A stretch of 64,000 nt of DNA from Stylophora pistillata (GCF_002571385.2 NW_019217785.1:286728-350727); one strand, 5' to 3'; counted from the stretch's first letter, positions 22,440-36,600 are shown. The notes: generated by a model not told the origin, from the sequence alone. Made by a program: numbers and translations.

Positions 22440-22865
22440 ATTCCATAGGAAAATAAAAATTTAAACTTCGCACTAAGACTTCGCACTACAGATCTGTTTC
22501 GAAAGGGTTAAAAGTCCTCTCTCATCAGGTGCATAAGATACTAGTTGACTAACAATCCTTTTTAAAGCAGGTGGTTTGAGCATGCCTTATCAAATATTTA
22601 GTTGAGTGCCGGCACACACTCGCCAGTTCGTTCCTTTTGTTTAGGGTGCCCGCCCCTGTTCTGTACATGATAAAGAATTTTTCAGCTATGCAAAGATTGC
22701 ATCTCTTTGTAGTATTTAAGTACGACCTGGCGCGAGCTATTATTTTCCAGGTCACGGAAAACTCCGTTTCAGCATCCTTTAGGGACCAGATATATTTGCT
22801 CAACTCTGTTGCGTTCCTTTTGTTCTCATGTCTAAATGACGCTGTATGATTTCTATATATTGCCA
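22440..22865 (-). mobile_element. 3' end of a second Penelope-like element (GIY-YIG C-terminus, possibly Naiad-type)
   Basis: YRNHTASFRH..TELSKYIWSLK..WKII..CNLCIAEK..LNKRNEL..CRH, followed by the hammerhead. Confidence 0.8.
22483..22532 (-). ncRNA. Type I hammerhead ribozyme, intact core
   Basis: Minus strand GCAC-CTGATGA-GAGAGG..CCTTTC-GAAA-CAGATCTG-TA-GTGC: stems I, II and III all pair; GUA cleavage triplet. Confidence 0.85.
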
Positions 22866-22902
22866 AACATCTTACAAAATAGTTATGGAGTGTATTTTTC
22901 AA

Positions 22903-23440
22903 TGTAGCACCACTGTGATCTTTTTAATGAGATTTTGTGAATGAACAGTTCCAAGATGGTATGATTCACCCGTTTGAATTAAGTTAAATTATTAACAGAT
23001 GTCAAAATAATGTTACAAGTTTTAGTAAATTTGCATCATTTATTCTTCTAATTCATTAAAACTAGAGTTGTTGGTTGAGGGTCCTTTTTTATCAAAAGGA
23101 AACATTTCTCTTTTTTTAAATGCTTAAAAAAGAAACTGTTAGAAAACATATTTTCTTAATTACTGTTTACAATTACAATATAATTCCTTCATGGGAAGCA
23201 AGTAGCCAACCATTTCTGTCAATCTCAAATTTGCTAGGGATTTTCCAAGGTTGCGTTATCAAAAAATATCATCCGCACCAGCTAATGTTAAACTTATGCT
23301 CAACAATCGAGTTTGTTTCTTTATGGGATTAATACCATTACGCAGAGCATGTGGTCAGCTGTTCAAGAGAATTGTAGTTGTTCCATGTATGTTGTAGATT
23401 ACAGAGCATGGTGAGTGAGTTGTGGATTTCTTTTGTAGCC
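22903..23440 (+). repeat. Dispersed fragment of the 5-kb array unit (3' part)
   Basis: Matches 35365-36070, 42305-42860 and 50650-51170 (aatgagattttgtgaatgaac..., gagcatggtgagtg). Confidence 0.85.
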
Positions 23441-23444
23441 TTGA

Positions 23445-23490
23445 TGATAATGATAATATTAATAATAATAATAATAATAATAATAATTAT
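23445..23490. repeat. (TAA)n microsatellite
   Basis: Run of aat units. Confidence 0.9.
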
Positions 23491-23579
23491 AAAAATAATC
23501 CTTTATTCACCATAATCACCAAAATTATAACAAAAATTAGGACAAAATGCTTGACAATCGAAAAAAAATGTGTTTAAAT

Positions 23580-25094
23580 GTCTAATAATAATAACAATAA
23601 TAATAATAATTTACATTTCAGAAGCGCTAAAATTATTAAAAATATTCTAAGGCACTTTACAAAATATTATTTAAAAATATTTAAAAGATTAAATGATAAA
23701 ATATGAAAAATTTTTAAATTTTAAAATGTTAAAACTAATCGTAAGCCAGCTTCACCAGACGTGTCTTAAAGCTTCGACTTCTAAGTGGCTACACTTTGAC
23801 TGTTTCGAATTTTAAGCAGCAGTTTGTTCCACAGGAATGGCCCACATCAGGCAAAGGCGTGATCACCAAAGGTCTTAAAATAAGTTCTTGGGATCTTAAG
23901 AAGGCCCTAGTCACAGGAATGTAGGTGATAACCAGAAATGGAGTATGGCTGCAGATATTCTTTAATGTATTGTGGGCCTTGGTTGTTAAGAGATTTATAA
24001 ACTAAGCGTAACAACTTAAAATGAACGCGATAAGTCACAGGAAGCCAGTGAAGATGAGATAAGTTGGACGGAATGTGATCAAACTTTGGAATCCTAAAAA
24101 ATAATCAGTGTTAAGCACCTTCTGAAGACGATCTGTCTGTTACTTGGAGACGCTAAAGAGAAGAAAGTTAAAGTAGTCCAAATGTGAAGTCCCAAATGCG
24201 AAAACTGAAGTCTTCAAGGACTCAGGAGTAAGGAATTTCCTAATTTGGCGAATTTTATACAAGCCATGAAAAGCCTTGCTGCAGCTGTTACCAATGAGAA
24301 TGGTGTTACTATCTAGGTTAGATATTAGTGACGTTTCTGTCAGATCGTATTTCAGAACCTGACGCGTCTTTCCTAGTAGTCTGTGTGCACGGTCTAAGTT
24401 TGCGTTCTTGAAGTTTATTGCGTTCATTGCGAAGTCTTTGGATCTTGCGTATTTTACTACTCAGGCATACAGAGAGGACAATCGGTAAGCACGTGTTTCT
24501 ACCTTTCTTAGCTTCATTTCGTCGGTTATTTCTACTTTAGTTGTTTTGCCGTTTCCTGCATTCGTGTTTTTATCACATCTAATTATTGTTCGGCTTTATC
24601 CTTTCATGTCGCTTACACTAGATATTCTCGCTTGTATTTTAGTTTGACGGTTTTGAGCATTCGTACATTGTAACAAAGATAATTCATTGGAAATCAAAAC
24701 GAAGTTCAGTGCTCTTAATCAGTGCTTCGAAGTCCTTATTTCTAATTCTGAACTTGCAGTTATCACGCCTGGAGTCAATTACAAATGGACATAGACATAT
24801 TGGAATAAAACCAGGAACCCACGTTTAAAACACTGTCGATATGCTGGATAGTAGAATCACCGACAGTGATGTAAGCAATTGTGATTTTTTATGATTGATG
24901 GCGGGAACCAATAACTAAGTTTTCAAATCGTTGATGAACAGGTAGTTATAAATCAACCATACACGCACATCTGAGTTGCAAGCCTCTACAGAAGCTATGG
25001 CATAGTCTTGCGAAGATCAGCCATTAGGTCTAACCAACAGATCAAGTTGTGTATCATTGGCATATCCATTAGCAGAGGGAAGATGGTTAGCTAC
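23580..25094 (-). mobile_element. Decayed CR1/L2-type LINE (RT C-terminus and tail), split by a solo LTR
   Basis: GYANDTQL (YADD-like) near 25050, VGSWFYSNMSM, IGNSCSKAFHGLYKIRQIRKFL, HWLPV..R..FKLL, FGDHAFA. Confidence 0.82.
24304..24783. mobile_element. Solo LTR (480 bp)
   Basis: TGTTA...TTACA termini; 5-bp TSD AATGG at 24299-24303 and 24784-24788; removing it rejoins the LINE coding sequence. Confidence 0.85.
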
Positions 25095-25649
25095 TGTAAC
25101 AGACGCAATATAGCAGCGCGCGAACTTTAATTTAGTTGCACGCGCGTATCGCAAGCGCTCACGAAAGCACCGCGACAGCCCGCAAGCTGTATAAAGGTTA
25201 CGTTGTTCTCTTTTGTCATCAGTTGACCCAAGATCTTACAACTGAAAGCGAAGTTTTAGCCGCTGTGCTCAAACCTTTTTAATTGTTCTAGTGATAGCGG
25301 CAACAAGGTAAATATTTTTTTACGCCTTTTAGTTTATTTAATTGAGAAATTTGTATCATTCTTTAATTGTGATTTCTCGTTTTGTGAAGTAAGTTAAGAC
25401 TTGAAATTTAGTTTAAGTGAAAGTTGCTTATGACATCGTTGTACCGTTAATTGTAAATTGTTATTTTTCCTTTTTCTTGTGACTTTTTGAGGCGCATGAA
25501 ATGTATTTTTATCTGATTATTTACATGATCTCATTTGTAATTTGTTTGTACTTTTATTTCAGTTCTCATGGTGTTCGTTTAACAAAGTAAGAAGTTGAAT
25601 AACTTTTTACGGACATCAGTTTGTGAACGTTGTGATCAATGGAGCAATA
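25095..25649 (+). mobile_element. Solo LTR (555 bp, BEL/Pao-like)
   Basis: TGT...CAATA termini; 5-bp TSD GCTAC at 25090-25094 and 25650-25654; TATAAAA box and intron-like GT..AG inside. Confidence 0.8.
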
Positions 25650-25669
25650 GCTACTCTTGGTAAGACTGC

Positions 25670-28600
25670 TGTAATTGGTCATCAGTGTTGTGCATGTGAA
25701 GAAGCATCTGTGTGTTTTGGTGTAGAAACCATGACTGACAGCCAGAATAAAGTTTGCTCGTTGTATTTGTCCAGCTCTTCCTGTTCGTGTCCATATTGGC
25801 CGGTCAACATGGTGTCAGGGGTGGGATGAATCTTCACTAGAAGTTTACCGTGAGTTCTGGTCGTCTGGTCTAGAGTGCATGACATGGAACTGTGATTGCA
25901 ATCGTTCCATATTCAGTTCCCGCCATTTTGTTGTCAAGTTGTTGTTTTTGTTTTTTTTTCAATTTCGTTGTGTTCTCTGTTCTAATGGTGGGCACACCGG
26001 TCGGTTTTCCAGTCCCTAAGATACAAGAAGGTTTAGATGATCGAGAGGCTCTAGAAAATTTTATTTTAGACTACATTGATTACGGTACGGTGATGGATGG
26101 TTCACTCCGAAAGCTGGCTGGACGCGACGCTGGCAGCGAAGCTGGAGTGGCTCAGTGGAAAAATCCCGATTTGTGTATGTATACTTTTTGTGCTATGCTT
26201 CCGCCAAGGATGAAGAGACTAATAATAATAACTCAGTGAATGTTCTTCAGGCCCTCATTGAGAGATTTGGCGGCAGTGCGAGTGTTCAAGCTGAGCGAAA
26301 AAGAAATGGGTTGCATGTTTCAAACTGAAGGAGAATCAGTTAGCACCTGGGAATGTCGAGTAGTAAAGTGAGCCAAGTATTGTGAATAAGGGGGACTTTG
26401 AGGATCAAGTTTGTCATGACAGGTTTATTACTGGTTTAGTGGACGAAACTCTACAAGGAAAGTTGAATACTAATGGCCATCAGAAGAAGGAAGGAGTCCT
26501 GGTAGCATTTTGTACGGTTGTCGAAATAGCTAAGAACTATGAATCGTCCGCGGATGCAAAAGGCTGATGAGAAAAGTACAAGGAGACCAAGAGCAAGTCA
26601 ACTGGACTGATAAAACCTCTTGTTTAAAAGGAAAGAATCCTCAGCCCCTAAGTGATAATCTATGCCAAGGATCATACCAAAATGAGTGCAATTATTGTAG
26701 AGCCAGGCCTAGTCACCCTAGAGAAAAGTGCCATGTAGTCATATTTTAGTACATGTGTCGGAACTGTGGCAAGGAAGGGCACGTTGCCAGGAAGTGCATG
26801 AGAAAACCCCAGAATGTGAATGCAGTCGATGAATCTGGGTCTGCTTGTGAACAAAACGAGCATCTTTTTTTTTCTTTGGACGTTCACTCTTGAGTGCTGT
26901 TTCAGTGCAAAAAGGAAAAAGTTCTTTGCCACCATTAAATTATCTGCTACGAAAAAACCTTTTGCATGGAACACTCCAATTGGATACAGCTTTGACAGCC
27001 AATACCCTGGCAACGGAAGATCTCTGGAGTATGTGCCCAGCAGGATTTTATGCCAGTTCCTTGTTCTGGCCATCTCACAGTATTTTGCACACCTATGGAG
27101 GTGTCGTCACAACTATGGGGCAGATACAGAATTAGTCTGCAAAACTCAAGGAGAGTTTTACCCTCTTGAATTTCAGTTGTTGAGTAAAAGGATTATGGGA
27201 TCACAACCACCCTCTTAAATGGATCCGACTGTGTCAAGCTGGGGCTGATTAAGATAAAAGGACGCAATTTGATGTCAGTTTCGAGTGCCCGGAATAGTGA
27301 GGATGGTGCATCAACTTCAATCAAGTACCCAGGGGGCAGTGACACTGCCGAAAAGAAACCTGTCGTGAGTCATGCCAACCAGTCGAGTGTTCCTTATGTG
27401 CCTGTTCCTTGGGGAAAGTTAACCAAGGCTATTGTCCTGGATGTTTTCAAGGATGTTCATACAGGATTAGGAACTTTGCATACTAGATTAAGAACTTTGC
27501 ATATCTCCATGAACCCTACTAATGTGACTCTAGTTCAAGCTTGCCCCCATCGGTTCCCTGTTGCTAAAGATGTCGAAAGTAGCAGAGGCAGTAAAGGACA
27601 TGGAGAAACAGGGTATCTTGAAGAAAGTCACTGGGCCCACTGCATGGATCTCTAACAGTGTCTACAGAGAAAACCAGATGCTAGCCTACAGGTGTCAAAC
27701 CATAAATAAAGCCATCGAGATCCCAAAGTACCCTATTCCTTCTGTGGATGAGTTACTGCCAAATGTTAGATTTAAAACGCCCTCTGTTTTTTACGACATA
27801 TTCTAATAATAATCGTTAGTTCTAGTTTCGATGAAGCGTGCTAAAATTTGCTGCGTATTAGTTAGGAATTCGCAGATTCGTGCGTGTACTGTAGGCTAAG
27901 TTCGTGCGTAGGAAATGAGCTAACACTTCCATATGGTGTACATTACAAGTTTTAAGTAACATCCTGTGCACAGTCACGCATGCACTCATTATAAAAGGCG
28001 ACTTAAGATAGCGTGCGAGAGAGTCATTCCGCAACCGCTACGATCAGAGGATCAATCTGCTACAAGCTATCTTTTGAGCTATACTTTCTGCTGTGCGAGT
28101 CGTCACCAAATTCGAATCTACACGACTCTATTCGACACTAAACTACCCTATATTTCTACTCTACTTCGTTTTATTCTCCGCGACCACGAACTTTGCTACC
28201 GTGACTTTCGCGATCTGTCATCATCGTCGCAACCAGTGTAATTCGTCTATCTTGAACTGTGATTAAACGTGTGTTAGTCATTCTACGAGTTGAGTTCGAA
28301 TTGTCTATCGCCTCGCGCATTGCTACCCCTGTAACTGTTGAGTTTCCAAGTACGCGCAACCTTAGGATCTTGGCAGTTACACCAAAGCTGAGTAACGCCA
28401 AAATTCTTCCCTGTGTGGATGTGTACAAAGGATTCACTAACGTTGTCTTGGATGAGTTCTTCATTTTTAACTACCATGCATACTCCAATAGGAAGATACA
28501 ATTAGTTGCATATGCCGTTTGGTGTAAGTTTGGGGCCAGAAGAATATCGACAAAGGCAACACGAAGTACTGGAGGGTTTGAAAGGTGTTGCTAACAAGGC

Positions 28601-31100
28601 AGATAACACATGTCTTTGGAAGCGGAGAAACTGTTGAGAAGGCAGAAAAGAATCAATGAAATGAACTTATGGAACTTAATGTTGCACTGCAAAGCAGTAA
28701 ACCTTTAAGTTAAACCCTAAGAAATTTCAATTCAAAGTCAAGCAAGTTACCTGGTTGGGACATCCCCTCAGTGGGACTGGGATTTTCCCACATCCTGATC
28801 GTGTCCAAGCCATTGTTGGCATGAACCCACCTCAAGATGTTAAGGGGGGTTAAGCATTTCCTGGGTATGTGCAACTATTTGTCACGGTTCCCACTGAATC
28901 TTGCCGAAATTGTGAAACCTCTTACCGAGTTAACACACGTCAATGCAGTCTGGTCGTGGTCCTTGCAGCATGACCAAGCCTTCAAAGAAGCCAAGCATGT
29001 AATCACAAATGCAATGACGCTGAAGTTTTTTTTATGAACAAACCATGTGTGTTGCAAGTAGATGCCAGTGACACAGGCTTGGGAGGAGCATTGTTACAAG
29101 AGGGACAACCTGTGGCTTTCACCAGCTCCAAATTGTCAGCCACTGAAATAAACTGTGCCCCTACTGAAAAAGAGTGTTTGGCCATCAAAGTAGCACTATG
29201 CTCTATCAGTACCTGTATGGCAAGCAAAATGTTGTAGTCCATTCAGACCACCAACCACTTGAAACCATCTTAAAAAAAACCGTTAAGTAGTGCCCATCAA
29301 GCGCTTGCAGCGCATGATTCTTCAGCTTCAGCCATTCAAGTTGACAGTGGTGTACAAAAAGGGCAAGTATATGTACTTGGCAGATACTTCATTAAGAGCT
29401 GCTTTGAAGCATCCTGCACCCTCTGGCACCCAAGAGGAAGTGTTTCAGTGTTACTCAGGGGATACTCAAGAGCTGTTCGGAGCAGAGCTCGAGTCCCTAG
29501 AACTAGATTCCCCCGAAATGCAAAAAGTACCCAGGAGGAAATCAGAGTGGCAACACAAGGTGACCGTACACTGTCTGTCCTTTGTCAGTTTGTGGCTCAT
29601 GGTTGGCCGCCTGATAAGTCCCACATTCCAACAGTGCTCCGTCATTATTATCCATGCTGGGATGAGCTAGCAGTATCATGGTGTTTTGTACAAGTCTCAT
29701 AAGGTCGTCATTCCTCTGCAATTACAGTCTACTATGGTGAGAAAACTTAACCAAGGCCATCAGGGTGGTGAAAGTATGGTGCGTCGTGCCCGAGAAGAGA
29801 TGTAGTAGCCTGGAATGCGAGCAGCAATCCAAGAAAGTGCCAACTGCCCTGTGTGTGCTAGTTACAGTTCATCACTACCAAAAGAACCGATGTTGTCTCA
29901 TAAAATTCCACATGGCCCTCGGAAGTTCATCTCACAAGACCTGTTCAAGCAAGGAGGATGGTGGTATGCTGTCACCATAGACCACTACAGTGACTGGTTT
30001 GAAGTTGACCAGCTCAACAAGGACATTACTGCAGCACATGTTATTTCAGTTACAAAAGCACGCTTCGCCCGCTACTGCGTTTCAGATAAGTTTCTGTCAG
30101 ACAATGGACCCAGTATGTCTCTCAGAAGTTTGCAAATTTGGCCATGGCTTATGAAATTTCAGTTGATCACCCGATCACCATACTGTGCAAGGGCCACCGG
30201 TAAAGCAGGATCCGCAGTAAAAGAAGCTAAAAAGATGCTGAAAAAGTCTGACCTACCTACTGGTCTCTTAGAACACAGAAATACACCACCTCAGGGTATG
30301 ACCTTTTCCCCAACACAGAGGTTTCTTTGTCGTCGAACAAAGTCAAGTCTGCCTGTTTCTGAATCATTGTTACACCAGTCTGTGCCACCAGTGACAGTGG
30401 TGCGCGATGAGCATCTGATCAGAAGGGCCAAAGCAAAATCTTAATATGACAAAACTGCAAGTAAGGAGCTAGCACCACTGGTCCCTGGGCAATTTGTTTA
30501 CAGCAAACCCAATGATCATCACCAGGGTGAAAGATAGAACTTTGGAGAGGTCTTGGACGAGGTGACACCACGCTTGTACCTCGTTAAAACTCCAAACCAA
30601 TTGGTTCAATGGGATAGAACCGACTTCACAACTGCTGAGGCTTTGCTGTCATGTAATCAGCAACCTCTTACACAACAGGCTGTGCCCGCGTTTCGGAAAT
30701 CATTAAGCTGTGATTGACATTAACCTTAGTTTCTGTCACTTTTGACCCCAACGCAGAGTTTCATAAGGGACATTGACCTATGGAATTTGATCTTGTTGTG
30801 CAACTGATACTTCAGCATGTTTTTGCATCTCACGGGGAGAGATTTTTTTAGGAACAACATCGAGACCAGTGTGTATTTTTGTGAGTGCTTGAAATAAAAC
30901 GATTTGATTGGGATCTCTGAGTGTTGAAGTTACCACACAGAGGCAATTTTGAACATGCGGGCGTACAACAAAAAGTTTCCACTTCAGATAGCCTCCCTCC
31001 TACACCAGTCGAAGCAGTGGCGACCACTGATCCTTCAGTTTAAAGTCCGATGCAAGTCTCGTTATGGTCGACCCATCTGCCCACCGCAGAGGCTAGAAAT
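25670..31100 (+). mobile_element. Heavily decayed second Gypsy (Mag-like) element
   Basis: LTR end CAACA plus PBS TGGTGTCAGGGGTGGGAT at 25810-25827; gag DRFITGL and CRNCGKEGH; AWISN..YPIPSVDELLP; QVDASDTGLGGALLQ; integrase DHYSDWFE, SDNGP; 3' LTR not seen. Confidence 0.88.
27764..28596 (+). mobile_element. Solo LTR (833 bp) inside the second Gypsy RT
   Basis: TGTTAG...CTAACA inverted termini, TATAAAA at about 27990; no TSD. Confidence 0.7.
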
Positions 31101-33278
31101 AGGTCCCAAACAGCTGCAACCTACAGGTAAATACTTAACAGATATTGTTGATACAACTATGCAGCTTGATGGGTAAACATTTAAGGATATTGTTGAAATT
31201 TTGCTTATATATTTTTTTTTAGCTTGGTAATGAATTAGTTTACAAATAATTTTCAAGCTGCACACAGTCATGATAGGTAAGTTGAATCTTATGTGCAGTC
31301 TTGTCAAGTGCAACCCTATTCAACTGTGCAAATATTCACCCAGGTCACAGGTGGTTTAATGATGTTTCTAGAGGGAGACAATGTTCCTTTGGGAGTTTTT
31401 ATGCACTTTTCTGTGCTCTGAGTTTTACTAACATTAAACATGGGTCAGACTTGATAAAGAAGCTGGACTGGATTAGATAACTTAGGACAGTCAACTTGCA
31501 GTGCATGTAAGAACACCGTAACTTCTGAATAGGATGTGCTGTAAGCACTATATTTCCACAAAAACATTGGTATTTGACAAGAATATTGATATTTACCTAT
31601 TTGTCTGCAGGAAACATGCAGGCAAACTACTTCAACAATATTGTTGTTCATATTTGTGCTCCAATTTTTCACTTGGTTATGCCTTTGTACAACCTTGATA
31701 TGCAATTCTCATTTTATGCGCATGTTGTTATTCAGCATGGTACAGTTGGTATGTAAATAGTTTCCTTCAGATCAAACTATCAACATCACAATACTTTAGC
31801 GAAAAAAAAGGAAACTAATACAGGTAGCAAAGTTGCAATACTTCTATCTGTGAATCTTTTTAAAAAAATATGTGTTCTACCAAATATTATTTTTCAATTA
31901 CAATAAACCCAGCAGTGGGCCATTCTACAAGCGCCCAAAAGCCAAATAAAACTGACAAACTTGAAGTTCTTGTTTGATAGTCAATCAAATGACCTTGCAA
32001 CACGGAATAATACCCAATGAAACCAATCTCTTCTGATGAAAGTGACCTTCTAAAATCAACTTCATTGCTCCGCAGCTCTTACAGTTAACAACTCTTCAAA
32101 AATTGGCACCTCATTTTAAGAGCTCATTAAAAGTAGCTGTTACTTCTCTGTTCAAAGAAGCAGCAGGTTATAATGCCAGATGAAACAGGGTCAACAAAGC
32201 TTGTCCTGTACAAGGAATATGTTGATACACTGGATGTCGACTGGACATACTTGTTCAAAAATTGAGGTTACAGTTCTCAGAGTGATAGGTATCTTAACAC
32301 TCCAAAGACTTCGGAGCAGAACAATCAACTGCATTTGAAAGTCCAATGGCTGATTTTCATAGTATCATGACTTCAAGGATAGTCACAGTTTGCTGTAAAG
32401 TCCTGGGCATACAGGAAGCCATTAGCAAAATTTCACTTGCTTCTGCTTTAAAAAACTTATCCCATATACAGATAACTTAATGAGAGATTCGAAGTCATGC
32501 AGTGTTTCCCAGCTGCTAAAAAATTGCCACTACCGTGACAAAAACATTCTTAATGATTGACAATGATTGCAAACAATTGGATTGACACTTTTAATCATAT
32601 ATCAGGTTCATTAGGTTTCAGTTCAGTTCTTAAACGTGTTTCACTAGAAGTACATGCAATCTTCAGTTTGCTAACCAGTTTTAAAGAGTTAGTATAAGAT
32701 CAGAGTCCAATTTTAATGGGAAACTGGTGATGGAAGATTTAATCCTTTTAGTTTGTACTGTCAGTTCATTGCCCACTTCTTATAATCGGAGTTGTAAATA
32801 ATCGAATGTTTGGTAATTCTATTGCATAATTCTATCTTTCAGATCGAACAATTTCCACAGATAAACTTAAGTACTATAAAATGGTACTGTAACAATACAT
32901 ATGTACAAGTGTGATTTGTTTCCACCATATGATAAAATTTTCAAACGAAGCAGAGAAATTGTTATCTAATATGATGACATTTAGTTTAAAATCTTGTGAA
33001 TAGAGTGATGAACATACCATCACCACAAACTTTGATTTCTTATCAAAAACAGATCATTGCAAAGGAAAGACCCAGGATATTTAATATACAGTAGATGTTA
33101 CACGTACCCTTTATATTTTTTAATGTTACTGTTATTCCCAATTCATGCAGCATCACCTTCACCAGTTTGTGTATACCTATCCAAATCCATCATTACCATT
33201 TGCCCACTCAGTTCCAGCCAGCCCAATGAATGTAAATCAAATCTGCAGTCCTCTAGCAATCCGAACTGCCATATATGA

Positions 33279-33685
33279 ATGCAAAATAGAGCTGCTCGCC
33301 TTAATGTGTTAGATGTTGTTAAGGCAACGCAAACTTTATTACCCACCACCAAACAGCCTACCAAGGACAAAGTTGAAAAGATCCAAGAGACCCTTAGAAA
33401 AGTCATTGAGCAGATAGACATGCTAATTATTCTACAGCACAGAAGGATCAAGCAGTTGACCTTATGTTGAACAGAATACAGCCCCTTGGTGCTGACAATA
33501 TCCTTGCCCTTCAATGTAACACAACCACACCAAACAATGTTGCAGCTGAACTAATACTGCACATGTTCCAGCCCAACCAGCTTGAGGGCCGCAACATTCA
33601 TAGAGTCAATAACAAGAAGCCGCCGATTCCAGAAAAAAATTTAGAAGATGAGAGAACTTCTCTTCCATCCAGGAAAAAAGATTAA
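33279..33685 (+). pseudogene. BEN-domain-like remnant in the array unit (also about 40140-40560 and 43370-43800)
   Basis: NNVAAELILHMFQPNQLEGRNIHRVNNKKPPIPEK; copy 3 reads FAAQLIRHMFQ..NIPRVSNKRPPTPKKIEKIKELVFQYF; preceded by a coiled-coil-like segment. Confidence 0.5.
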
Positions 33686-36600
33686 GTGAAATTTTACCGT
33701 CATTCTGCAAAAAAAGAAAAAAACTACTTTTAATTAATTTGCAGAAGATCTGACATGGCCACTCTCCCAAGGGTGTTATTTTTCAAGGTATATGGCATTC
33801 TTTATGATTTTCATACTCATTAAAGGTGTTGGAATGCAGCATTTCCATTACCAAATCTGGTTTTTATTTATCAATAACCTTTTTCTTGTTGAAATTAACA
33901 TCGAGTCGGCATACATCTATTACTAGGTTACTTTTAAATAAAAATTTACAATGCAAAATCACCTGCAGATTAGAGCACACTCTACAGACACAACAGAAAT
34001 TGACCAAAAAAAGAAAGGTTGGTATTAGGTCAAAGCAACGCTTATAGCAGCTGCACTACATGATCTTGGGATAAAAGAAATCTCAAGTTGCTCCAGAAGT
34101 GAATTTATTGTAACAGACCTTCCTTAAGGACACAATGGTTAAGAGGGAATATGTGGGTGAAATTGACATGGACACTAGATCCTTACTCAATTCAAAGAGA
34201 AATTGTTGAGGAACTATTTAAAAATTTCTTCATTGCAGAAGTCACCGAGGAAGAAAAGACCAAACAGCGAAACTAATGACAGCCAGTACATTTTTGTTTT
34301 TTTCCTGCTATGGCAAGACGTATGCATTGCAGAGAAATCGTATGTTTAAGCACGATGGTCTACACAATCAACAAGTCTTATATTCAGATCCACAGAGATT
34401 AATCTTCCCAAACTGTTGATATTTGATACCACTATCATGCAAGCACTCAAATTATGGTCAAACAAGGCAATTCAAGCCTTTAAAAGTCACGAATAATAAT
34501 AATACCAACAAAACCAAGGTAAAAAGGGCCTTTTCATCACTCCATGTTTGCAGATCTTCGATGTAAAAGCCAAAGTTATCCCAATCATGCAGCTAATTTA
34601 GGTAGGCTTTCCCATACCATTAGCAGAGTTCAAAAGACATCCATGCAATTATATTTGTGTCAAACTACTGTGAAACTCTTAAAACAAAGAATAAACTACA
34701 TTAATGAGAAGTTATTTCATTCCTTCCGTGTTTGCAAATCACCTTCAATTACAAAACCAAAGTTATCTAAAGAGTGTTGCCAAAGTACTCCAAGTTCACA
34801 TTTAAATGTCAGGGACGATAAATATAAGACAATAATTGCCATATGATTTAGCTACTTTTTTACCTAATGTTTAACTTTTATGTATTGCATTTATCAGTAG
34901 TTCATCCACCTCTTGAAATTACTGTCTTCCAGAAGCTTAAGTTGTCCTAAATATTGCCCATTTTAATTTAGCTAAAATTGCTATCAATGGTTATTGGTGA
35001 ATTGAATCACCTGTTGTGAATAAAACATGTTAAATTTGAATCTCATTTTCACTTAATGAGCTCTTGGAAGATCTCACAGAGCTCAATACTGGTTAAAATT
35101 TGATTTAAAAAAATCTGTATAATTCTTTCTGAGAGTTGTGTCATCCTTATCCCCAGTTTAAACCTTTCAAGCACCACTTTTAAACTCACTCTTACCAATC
35201 CTAGTGGATGGATGTAATGTACTTTTTTATTTCAACTTATTTTCTCCCTAAGATGGCAAATGTTTACTTTTAACTACCAAATCCATATACCCCTCTTTTG
35301 CATCTTTCAGAGAGAACCTTGCAAAACATCTCACAAACTAGTTTTTAATGTAGAATCTTTTTTGATGCAACTCCACTGGGAATCCTTTTAATGAGATTTT
35401 GTGAATGAACAATTCCAAAATGGTGTGATTCACAGGTAAATATCATCTTGTGTTTGAATTATGTTGAATTGTTTAGGGATGTCAAAATAATGTTACAAGT
35501 TTTAGTGAATTTGCATCATTTATTGTTCTCATTCATCACAGCTAGAGTTATTAGCTGAGGGTCTGTAGTGTTGGGTACCCAGTGGTACCATGCCTCTATT
35601 TCATGCAAGTGTTCATGTGGTGTGCTTTCTAGATGGCATATTAAACCATCCAGTTGTGTTTACAATCCAGTCTATTTCTTGTTTGATTTCCACCATCAAA
35701 GAACACATGGTCCTTGTTTATCAAAAGGAGACTTTTCCTTTTTTTTTAAATGCTTAAAGAAGAACTGTTAGAAAACATTTCTTAATTACTGTTTACAATC
35801 ACAATATAATTACTGCAAGGGAAGCGAGTAGCCCACCATTTGTGCCCACCTCAATTTTTGCAGAGATTTTCCAAGGTTGTGATACATCACAAAACCTCAC
35901 CCAAATCAGCTAGCACTGACTTATGGTCAACAACCTAGTTTGTTTCTTTACATGAATAATACCACTATGCACAGCATGTGGTCAGTTGTTTAAGAGAATT
36001 GTAGTTGTGCCATATATGTTGTGGATTAAAGAGCATGGTGAGTGGGTTGTGATGGATTTCTTTGTATCCTTGATGGATAAATACTTAGTGTTGATACAAA
36101 TTTTTCTTATTTAACTCTTGAAGGGTTAAAAACCACAACAGGCAAAATAACTGCCACAACAACATCTGGGGTGAACAGGGAAGGGTTCCTGAATAGACCC
36201 TTCCATTTATTACATTGCCCAACATGGTGAACAATGTACAAAATAACAACAAACAATAGAGAGGGAAGGGAGGGGAACGAACCTAGGTTGTGTTAAAGCA
36301 TATGTCAGACAAGCTGTGTCCAGCGCATGTCAGCAAACTCGCCCCAGGTCTCGCTGGAGTTAAATACAAATAATAGCTATTATTTTTACATCTTTTTTTT
36401 ATTCTAGCATTTTATTAAATAAGTTAAGAGATAATCAAGCTGCACACAACACCACAGTTTAGACTTTTAAAAAAATTTGATTCGATAACTTGGGAAAGTG
36501 AACACAGCAACTTCTGAACAGGTTGTGCTGTTAGCACTATCATTCCACAAAAAATACAGGTATATAGCATGAATATTGACATTCACTTAATTGTCTGCAG

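Noticed and set aside
28171-28594. env-like or protein-coding ORFs
   Set aside because: Short overlapping ORFs inside a solo LTR with no recognisable motif.
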